DNA from: Phoronis australis
Taxonomy: Eukaryota > Animalia > Phoronida
Direction: 5' to 3'
NCBI GenBank assembly: GCA_002633005.1
Contig: NMRA01000331.1
Coordinates: forward strand, 437,462 to 501,461
DNA length: 64,000 nt
In this document: positions 1 to 12,244 of the stretch, piece by piece
Position numbering within the stretch: position 1 is the stretch's first letter
Layout: every line of letters begins with the position of its first letter
Notes under the pieces: model-generated
Database searches by the model: none
Told to the model about the DNA's origin: nothing
What the model saw: only the letters and a program-made list of their open reading frames with translations
Position numbers and translations under genes: made by a program

Positions 1-278
1 AGGCAATGTACTAGGCATAGCAACACAGTACCAGGGTCTATCACTTGCATTGCTATCAGAATGATGTGCAATTATGACATAATTTCACACTATACAAAAT
101 ACCATATATCAGACGCACTCCTGTCATTTGTGAGCAGCAGGAATGAAAGAAAAATACAGGTAGTTACAGCAGTTACCATAACTACGGCCACAGCAGTATA
201 CCATGAAGACAACAACATAATCGGAACAGAATCAACATTCACAACAAAACAGGCAAATTATAATTCCAGACTACTTAC

Positions 279-293
279 AACAAAGTTGGACTC
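279..293 (-). CDS. DST: Candidate 15-nt microexon (ESNFV) in the CH1-CH2 linker
   Basis: Minus strand TCTTTTCTTCTCTGCTTACTTCAATCGCATAG|GAG TCC AAC TTT GTT|GTAAGT: strong pyrimidine tract, consensus donor, phase 0-0, no stop. Confidence 0.55.
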
Positions 294-801
294 CTATGCG
301 ATTGAAGTAAGCAGAGAAGAAAAGATTTAGTACAGTCTGCTGAACATTTCAAAGTTAAGCTACCATGTATTTCCATCGCCATATTTATGGACAATAAAGA
401 CAAGGTGATGGAAATGCAAATTATACAACCAACATAGAAAACATTTAAAATCTTTAAAATTTACAAAGCAAACAAGTAATAAATCTTACAGACAAAAAAC
501 CCAGAATAAGGTTTAGGGTCAAAAACCTTACTGTGCACATAAATCCATTAATATCTGTGCATGTAAATAAACCAACTGGAATTCTGACCATGTCACTTCA
601 GTAAAATCTCATAAGACTGACACCTAGTTAGTGTCAAAAACAATGCAGTCTGCCACATGTCAAATGACTGCAAATTGCAGGTATGTACCAAAGTTCATGC
701 TTAACAGCGACATCTATTGGTGGAATAGAAACTAACAAAACCAAGGTGTGCTGTACAAGGCAAACCAACTGAAAACAGCTAGCTAAACAAAAATAACTTA
801 C

Positions 802-825
802 GCTGTTGACAATCAAGTCTGAAAA
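802..825 (-). CDS. DST: 24-nt microexon (FSDLIVNS) directly after CH1
   Basis: TTTTACTCTTATTTCAG|TTT TCA GAC TTG ATT GTC AAC AGC|GTAAGT, phase 0-0. The peptide resembles the ISDIxV that follows LHFQ in spectraplakins. Confidence 0.7.
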
Positions 826-1243
826 CTGAAATAAGAGTAAAAATACTGTGGAAACGTTGCAACATGCAAAAATACAACAGGTCACAACACCTTCAAAACA
901 CTTTCGTTTCAATTGAAAGCTGCAGTGTCCACAATGCCATTTTTGTGTTGTAAGCATTGTGTACATTATATTTTAATAATTAGTACTCCACATAGCTTTT
1001 TGTTTTGAAACCAGCCTAGTTGAAAACATAGGTTCATAACATTTTTAAGATATGTTTTGTGACCTTGAACATGAAAGAGGCAAACATTACTTGTTGGCCA
1101 TTCATCTTTCTGGACACATGACTACATCAAATCAACTTTTAGAACAAAGCTAATCAAGGAAAATACATCACCGTACTAAGTCAAGTCAGAACGGATGACT
1201 GAAATGAGCAGAGGGTTGCCATAGAAACAGAGGGTCCACTCAC

Positions 1244-1336
1244 CTGGAAGTGTAGAATGATCATCCATATGAGTCCCAGGGTCAACTTAGGGTTGCCATC
1301 GACAATCTCGTCCGGGCGTATGTTGACAAGTCGAAC
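1244..1336 (-). CDS. DST: Spectraplakin exon, CH1 C-terminal part ([31 protein letters not shown])
   Basis: 93 nt, TTTCAG acceptor, GTGAGT donor; actinin-type actin-binding signature [12 protein letters not shown]. Confidence 0.97.
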
Positions 1337-2759
1337 CTGAAACAGATAGTGCCCCTTAAAGCGCATATAACCCCATGTTCCATTAAAGAAGCAAACTTTT
1401 TATAAGCACCATATAGCACTATAAAACTGGTTTCAACTTGTTCCTCAAATGAGAAGTGACTTCTTGGTTTGCAAAGAATTGACAATCTGTTGGCGTTGAG
1501 ACCATGCTGAGGGCATCAAAAGACACTCCGTGATAAGCCATCTAGTAGAGCATGTACTCAAGCACTAATGATTTGATACAAATTTCATAACGGTAATTGA
1601 TCTAAATCAAAAGTAAGCTTAAGTGACAGAATCCTGCTTAAGTCCACATTTCTCAAAATATTTGTAAATAACTTTAAAACATTTATTCAACAAAAATGAA
1701 TCATTAGCACCTGACATTAGTTAGTTGCTTTCTCTTAAATCAATAACTAAGAAAATTTTAGCTTTTTGGGACTTGCGGATAGTTTTGTTTGCTTCTCGCA
1801 ATGCAAGAATTCTGAGGTTTTGAACTGGGACCCCAAATAGAAGAGAAAACAAAATAGGTTTACCGTAGGCATATTTCAGTTTCACACTGTGGGCGTTTAG
1901 AAAATTTCATAAAGGGGTTCTGTTCAGAAAAATTGGAATACTGGTATGAGAGCACTTATAAGCGAATGGGCAATAAATATGGAGAATTTGATGAAAAATC
2001 AGAGTTACAGGAAAAATCAAAACACCACGAGTTTCTTGCACATAGATCAGAACAAAATGCGGGCTTTAGCACTTCACTAAAAGCTGACAATGAAGGCATC
2101 ATATATGTCAGGGAGTGTGCAGAGCTGAAATCATTGGACTTTGAGGTGACTCAGTGCCTCTTCTCATCACTTGACTCAACACGTCTAAGTTGACATGACA
2201 GAAAACAGAACTATATAATTGCTTTGCTACAAAAATGCAGAACATTCATATGACACCACACTATAATAGTTGTTACAAAGCAGTAAATAAAATACATTGC
2301 TACAAAAACAATGGTGGTCCACCATGTTGTTATAATCAACAAATTTCAAACAACAGCCCCATTGAAAAACATTGCATGCAGATAGATTGGGTATATTACT
2401 GACACAGAGATGGATTGGACTGAAAAACATCAGAAAGATTGATCAGGAAAAAATGTTTGAGTATAATCACACAAAAACCAATTTGGATTATCTTTTCAAT
2501 GTTGAATACTAAAAACTTTCCTTTCAGGAACATTGAACTGAAAAAAAACAATTTTTTTCCTAATAAAAGCAAATGTAAAATGTAATTACAAATTCTTTAG
2601 AAAAAAATATTTTTTACTGTTTGAAATTAACGTTATTTTTCACAATTGCAGAAAGTTATTAAAAATAATATTACCATATATTTAAAAACAATATTGCCAT
2701 ATATTATCAGGATGGAACATAGTTTTGTAGGAGCATACTTCGCAACGTACAAGACTTAC

Positions 2760-2837
2760 CCCACGATATCTCAGAAAGTCCAAGGCAATAGTAACATTTT
2801 GAAGTTTATGGAATCTCATGCGTCCTCGTTCGCGTGG
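2760..2837 (-). CDS. DST: Spectraplakin exon, CH1 ([26 protein letters not shown])
   Basis: 78 nt, TTTTTCAG acceptor, GTAAGT donor; matches the PREKGRMRFHxLQNVxIALDFL motif. Confidence 0.97.
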
Positions 2838-3339
2838 CTGAAAAATCATATCCAAACATAAGTATGCTATTTGTAAAATTGCATCTCAACATCCTCTCAT
2901 TAACTTGGTAGGTGCACATGAGCTGTACTGTTTTATCCTACCAAGCAAAGACTGCAGGGAAGACACTTGTTAGAAGAAATCCATGCAAAGACAGAGAACA
3001 TCACAATAAGTTTGATGAAAAAGGTAAACAATTACGTCATTTCCTCACAGAAACATCCAACAAGAGCAATGCAGTGATATGCACCCACTGTGCAAATTGC
3101 ATACAACGCAGATACAAGGGATGATCATTGTTTTATACATTCACACTAAAGGGACCAATGCTAATTAACATAAAATAGCCTCCAGGGGGTACAAAGCCAC
3201 CTTTCATCATGATTCTTAAAGTGGTCTGGATAGGCAGGTGGGTGACAAAGAACAACCACAAAAAATAATAAAAGGCTTCTAGGGAGAACAACATAGGTCA
3301 AATCCGTCTGCAACAGGGCAGGTGCTGTCATCTACAGTC

Positions 3340-3632
3340 TATAGAAACTTAATTCTAAATTTCATATCAGGGGAAGTGCCAAATTTCATTGAAATCCATT
3401 AAAGAGCTTTGAAGATATTTACACCACTTGGTATTATAATCGAAGTCGCATGCATCTTAAAATTAGCCAGTGCTATCCCATCAATGATGGGAACATGTCT
3501 GCAAAGTTTCACAAACATTTATCGTGGATTTTTGGAGATACAGCAGTAGACATCAAATGCCAGATGGATGGGCGCCAGATGAACGGACTCGGATGACGGA
3601 ATAATGCACATATGTTTGCGGCCGCACAAAAA
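3340..3632. mobile_element. Degenerate HINE/Helentron-like non-autonomous fragment
   Basis: Repeated GCCAAATTTCATTGAAATCC / GCAAAGTTTCAC motifs and a GATGGA/CGGA-rich tail ending in a short GC hairpin plus A run, similar to the 17.1-18.8 kb element. Boundaries approximate. Confidence 0.35.
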
Positions 3633-3932
3633 GTAAGATGATTGGAAAGGACCAGGGGATCATTCCGTAAGAACAAGTTTCTTGATCAGGCAAGATCACA
3701 CAATGTCACACGAGTGAAAGACGAGTGTTATGAATGAGTTTGCTCCATATGTTATTAATCTACATTATGCAAAAGAATCCACTGCTTTTGATCCCTAAGT
3801 GAAGATTTCTCAACGCAAACGCATGGCTAATGCCCTGGGTCTACCGAACGCAGCCCAACGATATGCCCCAATGGCAGTAGTTAATTTTTTTGTTATAACA
3901 CAAAGGTTTAGTGCATGAACTCAGATACTCAC

Positions 3933-4022
3933 AAGTGTCTCAGAGGATAGGACCTCCAGCAAGCTGATCAAGTTGTGTCCATCAGTCAGGTCTTCAAACA
4001 AATCATTGATGGCTTGGTGAGC
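3933..4022 (-). CDS. DST: Spectraplakin exon, CH1 ([30 protein letters not shown])
   Basis: 90 nt, TTGCAG acceptor, GTGAGT donor; matches [20 protein letters not shown]. Confidence 0.97.
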
Positions 4023-4778
4023 CTGCAATACAAGGTAAAGTACAGTTTAAATTAAAAAACAAGACTTGTTTGCCATATATCCTAAAAAGTGAAATTTTAC
4101 TTTTATGTTTTTTTCATGAAGCGTATGTAGCACCAAAAAGTATTCAGTCTATACCAATCTACCATCAGACAATATTTTGAAAAACTGTAGGCAGCCATGA
4201 AATTGTTGACAGCCTTTTAGCAATTATTTATGTCCAGCATAACACAACCTCCCAGACTCAAAAAGATTTGAAAGATAAAAGAATGACCACCAGGTGGCAT
4301 AGTAAAGAAAACAGAATTATTATGAGAAAGTAAGCTCCTGACAGGAACAACTTGCCTTTGTAAGCTACTATGATGGCAATTTTAAATTTATATTAGTTTT
4401 GAATACAATTTAGTCAAACAGATATGAAATACTGAAAATTAGAGCGTCTAGTGCTCTGTCGGCCTAGTTTTATGTGACACTGCCACCAGCTAGGTCAACG
4501 ACTAGGAAACTGATTGAAAATAAAATTAAAACAGGGAGACCCTAGTAAAGTTGCAAAGGAAATAACTTCAGACAACAAGTATTCAAAACAACAGAAACTA
4601 TTTAACTCATATTTGCAACAACTAGATTATACATGCACTGAACACAAAAGTGAACTACAATGTCTACTGAGGATGAGACCACCACACCAACTCTAGAAAA
4701 GTAAACAACAAATACACTTAAAAATTTATAACAACAAAAATGGTATACAAAATAACATTGTTTTGTCGCCTTACAAAC

Positions 4779-4793
4779 CTTCGTTCTCCAATG
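4779..4793 (-). CDS. DST: 15-nt microexon (HWRTK), positional and sequence equivalent of plectin exon 2-alpha
   Basis: CCTTTCTGTTATTTCTTGGCTGTAG|CAT TGG AGA ACG AAG|GTTTGT, phase 0-0, lying between the KWVNKHLRK and AHQAINDL exons. Mammalian plectin 2-alpha encodes HWRAE at the same junction. Confidence 0.8.
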
Positions 4794-5414
4794 CTACAGC
4801 CAAGAAATAACAGAAAGGTAAGAACAATACCTCTGTGTAACCTGCCACACGGCTATTGTATTTGCCTAGGAATTCAGGGGTATAGGTTCATCTATACTGC
4901 TGTCAAAGCTTTTCAAATGCATTGTGGGACAGTTGCCAGCTTGTAACACCCGGTGACAACACAAATAACTTGGTAACATATGAACATATGACTGAAAACA
5001 ACATGTGTTGCATGAATGCACCAGAAGTGAAAGCACAGGTCCACTTCAACTTGCTTTTTGGGGCAAAGTACGACAATGCAAACATAGAAGAAAATAAAAG
5101 ATTGAAAGCCAGCCTCAAAATGCATCAATAAATATATAGATTAGCAAATCTTTAGCGCAAAAGATTCTCAGCACACATTTTAAGAGAACAAGGTGAAGAA
5201 AACCTCACCACCCAAATAGAGATCATGTAACAGGACCACAAGTTATACATGATGTCACTGCATATTTACACCTGACAACAGTTCTATCATTTGAAATTAA
5301 CAGCAGTGCCAACAATGAAATCCTCCAAATGCATCTATAAACATAAACTCATCACATATTTCATTCAAAAATAATTTCCAAGATGTACATTTTTAGTAGT
5401 CCGACGTCCGACTA

Positions 5415-6559
5415 CGGTGACTTCTCTAACAGTTCGTACACTCTAATAGTCCGTACACTTCCCTTGAAACACGACGTCTCTCCCTAGAAGTTAGTACAGC
5501 AGATGTCTGGGGGAAAAATAGTTAGTACGCATATTTGCGTTGAAAAAAATAATGTGTACACACTTTATGGAAAGGTAAAAAGGCAATTCGTTTTCCTGGA
5601 CACAAATCATAAGCGTAAGTATAGAGCTTGAAAAGACGTTTTTCAGTTCGACATTTTTGGCGCCAATAAATGCGGAAATGGCGATAAGATATTCTAGTGT
5701 GTCATCGAATGGCCGTAAAAATATCCCAACAAAGGCTCAGTTGCCCTCAGCTTAGTCCTTCACAAATTTACAAAATTGCGGAGTAATAGCATCATGTCGT
5801 TTTGCAGTCTTGTTAGAGCTGTAGCGCGAAGATGACCAGTGACCATGCAGCGCTGCAGTTGGATTGTAGTTATTCTGACATAGCAACAGTGCAGAAGTAC
5901 GTCTGTGCAAGCTTCACGTGTTGCAGAGGTTATAGCATAGACTAAATTTTTGGTTACAGTCCCGTGATATGAGTAGAACTGCGAGTGCTAGCTGTCAAGT
6001 TCTAAGTCAGAGAGTTATTTCACAAATTAAATGTTTGAAAAACTAATTCAGATGTGTTTTGTGTTTGGGATGTTTATGTTGGACACTCCTTGACTCAACG
6101 AATTGTCAGTGCAAGGTTTACTACGGCTGTCTTATTTTGCGGAACCAAAAGGTGCCGCTCACTGAGTGCCATCGAGTGAAACATGTTAGCAATGAAGACA
6201 AGAATCGAAGTAAGCTGACATGAGCCAGTAGTCAATCAAAAGTTACCGCAAAGACATTTAACAAGTATTTACTAAATATTTTAGGGTGAGTCCACTGAAC
6301 CCGTACAATGCGAGTCCGAGGGAAAAATAGTTCATACAGTAGATCTCCAAGAGAAAAATAGTTTGTACACGTCGATAAAAATAATCTGTAGATGTAATTA
6401 TTCAAGTAATCGGCACCCATAGTTTGGTATACGAATAAATTAGTGACGAGCTCTAACCAACAGTTCGTACAGCCAGTTTTGTCTATATAATTGGAATAGG
6501 AAGCTCTCAAGGCAACAACACTTCGTACATTTGTGTACAAACTGTTAGAGAAAACACGA
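5415..6559. mobile_element. Non-autonomous Tc1/mariner-pogo-like TIR element
   Basis: ~27-bp imperfect TIRs CGGTGACTTCTCTAACAGTTCGTACAC / GTGTACAAACTGTTAGAGAAAACACGA, TA on both flanks, subterminal TTCGTAC repeats. Confidence 0.65.
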
Positions 6560-9353
6560 TACTTTACTTCAAAACTGATCAAGTGTAGCTTTTATGAGGT
6601 GTGTACAGAGCATGAATCATGGCACTAATAATGAAACACTGTTTATTTTTGCTGAGAATTTGAGCTGTTTTTGCGTAGTTAATCCGGTTTAGTTTGCGGT
6701 CGAACATATTTTATATCAGCGTAATAACCCACCGCACAAAATTGTCACCTTTCTCACTAGACCGGACTAACATTCCGCCACTGGTCCTATTTAAAATAAG
6801 TATTAAGGGGGTTTAACTAGTTAGACATGACTCTGAAAGTGACAAAAATCGGAAAAAAAAGATTTTATTGTACTTCGTTTTTTTTAAATATTGTATTTTT
6901 TATTTTTAAAAAAATCCATTTTACCTCGATTTTCAAAATGCACAGGGATTATCATCAACTGTTTCCTTACGCAATATTCTACATAGCCATACCAAATATA
7001 TGTACAAAATCATTATGATCTTGATTTTGTGGCATTTTTTGCATGTGAGTTGTGGCAAGCACATCACTTTCTGTCATTTCGCCACCTTCCATCTAATAAC
7101 TAAAAATATGGTCTATGCATCAAAAAACCCTGGCACGCGATTTTACTTCAGTTCTAGAGGATTTCAAATTTGCAAATTTCGTAAAAATTGACCCACGTGT
7201 TTTGGAAAGAAAGGCCTGAGAATCTTGTCACTACCCTGAAATCAATGAATGCTAAAGTGAAGTAAGTTCCTCTACATTACCCACTTTGAACTACAAGTAC
7301 TTTCAAATGCAGGTAGCAGCACAAGTCATATGATCCCTTGTGACCAGTTTCACAAAATTTCTGATTTACAGCATGTTACACATGTCCCATAACATGTTTT
7401 GGTCGTGAAAGACCGGCCCAAAAATCCTCCCCTCATTTTATAAGGTCGGTCAAAATTCCTGAGTAAACCACATGCCTTTATTTGGCCAGTAACATGCCAT
7501 TTCACAGGTAATACACATTAGCTGATGGAGTAAGATAAGAGTTGCCTAACAAAACAACACGTCTGTTCTCACTTTTTCGCACTTCTGATGGATTTAAACT
7601 AATAGCAAATTCTAAATCTTCATAAAATTTTGACCTGCCTACATGCTCCCTCTGTAAATATTGGTGAAGTTTTAGCTGAGGTTGCTTCGGTCAGATCAGG
7701 CGAGTTTGAAGTAACTTTATTACTACGCGGTTAAGCGGTTTCCTTTGTTTTGAATTTTATATCCGTTAAGAATTTAATTTACACTTATAATTTCAAAGTA
7801 CATACACAGAAATTAGCATGGAATGTCAGTAAACCCGAGTTAAAATTGCTGAGATAGTAACAAATTTCACGAATTTATGAATCAGCAAAAGCCTAATTTG
7901 CGCAGTGCCACAGTATTCTAAGTAATCCATTCTCAAGGGTGCTGTGAGCACATAAGTGAACCGTTAAGTTTCATCATTTCTTGCTGTTTAAAAATGAGAG
8001 TGATGGGTGACCATGTTCAAGCACATATATTTTTGTCGTAATTCAAAAATCCTGATGAAAATCAACACTAACTTCAAGAGTTAGTCGGAATTCATGGCGA
8101 AATTCTGGAAGGAAGTTGGACGAAAAATTACACTAAAATTGTTGAAAATTAACCAAACGTTTTTGCTTCAAAATTTCATCTATTTTCCACGAGAATTACC
8201 GTGAACTTTTTAAGACCACCACATTACAACCAATGCTGAACGGTGGTTCGAGCACAACATACCATCCACAAACACGCATCCGTGTTTGTTAAAAACAAAA
8301 TTAATGTAAAAAGAGTTTATAGGAGCGATCGAACGTCATAAAGGACAGGTACGTTATAATGCGACTCGACTGTGCTTTTCCTGAACCTTGTAATTCTGTA
8401 CATATTGTGTTAACTTAACAGATTGTCGAAAAAGCCCTGTAATGTAAAAACTTAATGCCGCTGAAAAAAGTTTCATATTTGAATGTTGTGTAGACGTTCA
8501 AGGCATCTCACCATTCACTTAAAAGTAGTTCCATTGCCAGACCAGGTGTAATTATATGTTTATTGCCCCTACAGCCAGGTGTGTAATGAACTATTGAAAT
8601 CTGTGATAAAAGCTGTCAAGTTTATAGTCTCTGTAACCCCTGAGTTTCTATCAGGATCATTTCAGATTATGCAGAGTGTCATTTAAATAAGAAAATACAT
8701 GAGCTACATTTTGCTCCGTTTCGCTGGCTAAAATGAATTCTCATAACACCAGTCTCATAATAATCCCTAAATTGTGATAGGATCCATTTAAATTACCAAT
8801 TCAAGCTACACGCAACCCGTACATCCACCATTTTCAAATTCCAATTTTAGGGTTAGCTAACTTCAAAAAAGTCTGAAATGTTGTTGTTGAAGTCACTGGT
8901 GTTCTTGTTAGAATCCGAAATAAAATCCTAGTATGGTAAAGAATATTACAAGATCAATTTTATCAGAGTAAAAGGCCAAATTCAATTTTTGTTTTTCAGC
9001 CGGGTAAACAGGATGAAAGGCAACTTGAAATTCATAATAAATATAACATGAATATGGGAAATTTAGATTCAAAAACTAAACATATACAGTAATTATGGTA
9101 ATTGTTGAAATCAAATATCCTCAGGTTATGGTAAGAAATCATGACATGCAGTTTTCAAGAGATATGGTGTAGCAAATAAAAGAATACAGCGACAATACTG
9201 TTGAAACTGATAAGACTGCACCTAAAGCCCATAATGTTTGTTGCATGAACTGGTAATTTTTTTAGGTCTTGCATTCAATGCCAATACAAAGCAAAATTGG
9301 TTTGTGACTGCTCAAATTTATAGAAGACCTGAAGCATGCTAAAAAGTAGACTA

Positions 9354-10140
9354 TCTTATTTGCCCTAATAACTGCCCAGGGCGCTTGGAAAAATTCCGTT
9401 TCAGGGGGATGCTTATTGTAACCCAAGGCGGTTGAAACCCGGTCTCTGAAACGGGTGAAATCAGAAGCTAAGATTCATCATATTTACGCTCTGTGACGTA
9501 TTTATAACCTATGAAAGACTGTGCAAAGTTGTGATGCACTGCAATCAAACTTTGCTGTTAAATTACGATCATTTTACAGAAAATTGTGCATAAATCCCTA
9601 CTAGGTGAAAACTCACCGACTGTCTCGCAATCGTCGATACAGCAACTTGAATGTTTGAATACATACAGTTTCAACTCAAGCAAATTACCTGAAATCCTCC
9701 TTAAGTTTTCCATATAGTGTCCCTAAGATTTTAAGTTCCCGTGGAGTCAGGGGATTAATGGCAGGTTAAGTTCAAATCTGTGCAAGATTGTGCCTTCTAT
9801 GATCCTAGGCCTACCCGGTAACAGAAGAAAAAATCTCTGGACATGTTGTCACGTGTTTTGAAGTTCGTCTGCGTGTCTGAGTAAGCGAGCGCGTGCGTGT
9901 CACCAGAGTTCATTTGCCAGAGTAAACGCAATCTAACAAGCTAGATGTGCATTGTATCTAAAGAAATTAGCACAAGCAGAAAGCAGAATGTGTCTCATTC
10001 AGCACTTGCACGTCTCATCTGCTAAAAAACGTTTGAATTGTTTCGGTAAGGTCCATATTAGTCGCCATGTGGCTAGATGCATACGTGACTCATGGCTGTA
10101 TGGCAGTTATTTTTCAGTGTAAGGGTATGTAAGCAGTACA
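9354..10140 (+). mobile_element. HIRAN-element family copy 1 (5' half only, truncated before the HIRAN ORF)
   Basis: TA plus decayed CCGTATTCGCCCTAATAAGCGCCC end; colinear with copies at 32.0, 35.7, 42.9 and 48.4 kb (e.g. GAAGCTAAGATTCATCA, CAAATTACCTGAAATCCTCC). Confidence 0.85.
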
Positions 10141-10171
10141 GACCTGTAGAGAGCGAACAAACAAACAAAAA

Positions 10172-10330
10172 ATTGATGTCAGACCAACATACTTGGCGAA
10201 AATCCCAGAATTCCGCCAAGTAAAAAAAACAAACTTGATGAAAGAGCAACATACTTGGTGAAATTTATTTTGCCAAGTAAAAAACTTGACGTCAGAGCAA
10301 CATACTTGGCGAAAATTCTTCGCCAAGTAA
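10172..10330. repeat. Three tandem ~50-60 bp units, each containing a hairpin
   Basis: CAACATACTTGGCGAA...TTCGCCAAGTAA repeated three times; the third unit TACTTGGCGAA-AATTC-TTCGCCAAGTA is a perfect stem. Confidence 0.8.
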
Positions 10331-10525
10331 TGAACTGGAAAAAGGTTCACAAGTGAGCACTTGTCAGATGGTTGATCTGTCTTCTTATGGTTCAAACAAA
10401 TTAGATGACAGATCTGACTTCTTACCAGCGAAGGCAGATTCCAATGACATAACTTGTGGTTAGGTCATGGTGATCACAGGTGATTGCCAGAAAATTAGTC
10501 TTGAGTAAATCGCTAATTACTTTCA

Positions 10526-11026
10526 AGGCCCTTTCATATTGACTTAACTCCGGTCTGGAGCGTCGACGTAAACAGCGTAGTTAACTGGACCGTTCATACT
10601 GGCTTCGGTAGTTAATGACCATCGAAGTAAAGGGTTGGTGACGCTGACGTCATCGAAGTTAGCGCAAGGTAGCGCTGCATGCTAAGATTTTTTCAGTGTG
10701 ACAATTTGGGAACATTTAAATGTGCTAAATGACATTAAATTCATTTTTAAATCGATTGGTTATCATTAGAGCAAAAATAAGTAGTTATTAGTGACGGCAC
10801 TACTCTGTAACTGTTGACGATAACAGTGGCACCTGGCGATAACTTCGATTGGACCGGAGTTGAGCGTTCATACAGCACCGCAGCGTCGACGCTACGGTCT
10901 TAAATTCACCTGTTAAGTGCGATGTTAACTGGAGCTGTTAACTGCGATCCAGGACCGGAGTTAAGCGTTCATACTGACCGCAACTCCCCAAACCATCGAC
11001 ACGTCGACATTAGTATGAAAGGCCCT
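10526..11026. mobile_element. PIF/Harbinger-like MITE, copy 1
   Basis: TIRs AGGCCCTTTCATA / TATGAAAGGCCCT followed by TAA; an inverted second copy lies at 47042-48425. Confidence 0.75.
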
Positions 11027-11776
11027 TAAGACAGCTGATCTGCTTTTCTGATCAGAGATATCCCTGCCTTCAGATTAAATTTTACACCTGAACCTGGCAT
11101 TAGAGGCTGTAGTAGAGGCTGCCCTGGCAAAAAATATGTAAGAAAACAAAGTTTGGTGGCTTTTCAACACTGTGATAGTTTGGTATGGGTGATCAGATGA
11201 GTTTGTGGCCCAGACCATCAATTCGGGAAGGAGTGCTCATATTTAACCACAGCATCAAATAATATTTAAACAGGCATATCCTAACACTGGGCTGCAAATG
11301 GTAAACAACATGTTATTTTATATTTTGAAATGCTTTGCCTCCAGCAATTTGCACTGTGGTACTACTCAGATAAGGGTGTAACTCAATCATGGAGAATGAT
11401 TTACTAGACAGACAGGATGTGGAGAAACAAATGGTAGTCTAAATACTACTCATCTCCCCAAACCAAACAAGATTAGTCTCATAATCAGGGCTTTGTGAAC
11501 TTGCTCTGTTATCAAGCATCAAACACAAAATGGAGACATTTAAAAACATTTGAGAGACATCTGTGTGAAACAGTTTGGAGCAGGCAGCACTTTGAATGTC
11601 AGGGCACTGTGTTCCTCCTGGTTAGTGACCACATTCAGTAAATAGCCACGCCTACAATTCCAACTAATTCCCTTTTAACTGCCCACCTTCTGCTATATTC
11701 CTTAGCAAAAGTAACTTACATCCAATCAAATACGCTCCAGCTCAATTTGAAATCATTGATAGGGGGTGAAACCTAA

Positions 11777-12244
11777 AGCCAGTACAAATCACACAATACT
11801 TCAAAGTATATGGTTGCAATTGCACCGAAAATGGGTACACCATGTAGGTATCTAAAGCATTTGGCGGCAGGGGTAGTGACAAAAACATTGTTCAAAAATC
11901 TGGATTTCTGAAATACCTTTTACCCTAAGACAAAGTTATGGCAGATAGAGGTTTTACTATTGATGAACTCCTGTATCTAAGACGAGTTAAGTTAAACATA
12001 CCAGCTTTCACCAAAGGCAAGTCACACCTTAGTAAAAAAGGTCTGACAAAAACATGGCGCATTTCCACAGTAAGAATCCATTTGGAGTGAGCAATACGGA
12101 GACTTAAAAGTTTTCAAAATTTTGAGTACCAGTATTCCAGTGTAAAGCACAGAATCAGTGGATAACTACTTGATTTTCTGTGCTGGGCTTGTGAACCTAC
12201 GTGCTGATCTAATCAGAGATCAAAATTTGGAAGACATGGACTAA
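11777..12244 (+). pseudogene. DDE_Tnp_4 (ISL2EU/PIF-Harbinger) transposase C-terminal fragment
   Basis: [93 protein letters not shown] carries the GGRxSD, MADRGF and RIHVERAI motifs, with stops and frameshifts. Confidence 0.9.

Noticed and set aside
115-160. Strong minus-strand acceptor with UGCUGC (CAG at 121-123), suggesting another microexon
   Set aside because: Available donors give 2 nt (frameshift), 6 nt with a poor GTCTGA donor, or 18 nt containing a stop.
7950-8660. Possible hAT-family transposase remnant (RENYRELF..., AVKFIV...)
   Set aside because: Too decayed to support a call by eye.
10172-10330. CRISPR-like look of palindromic repeats
   Set aside because: Only three degenerate units, linkers resemble each other, eukaryotic intron, no cas genes.
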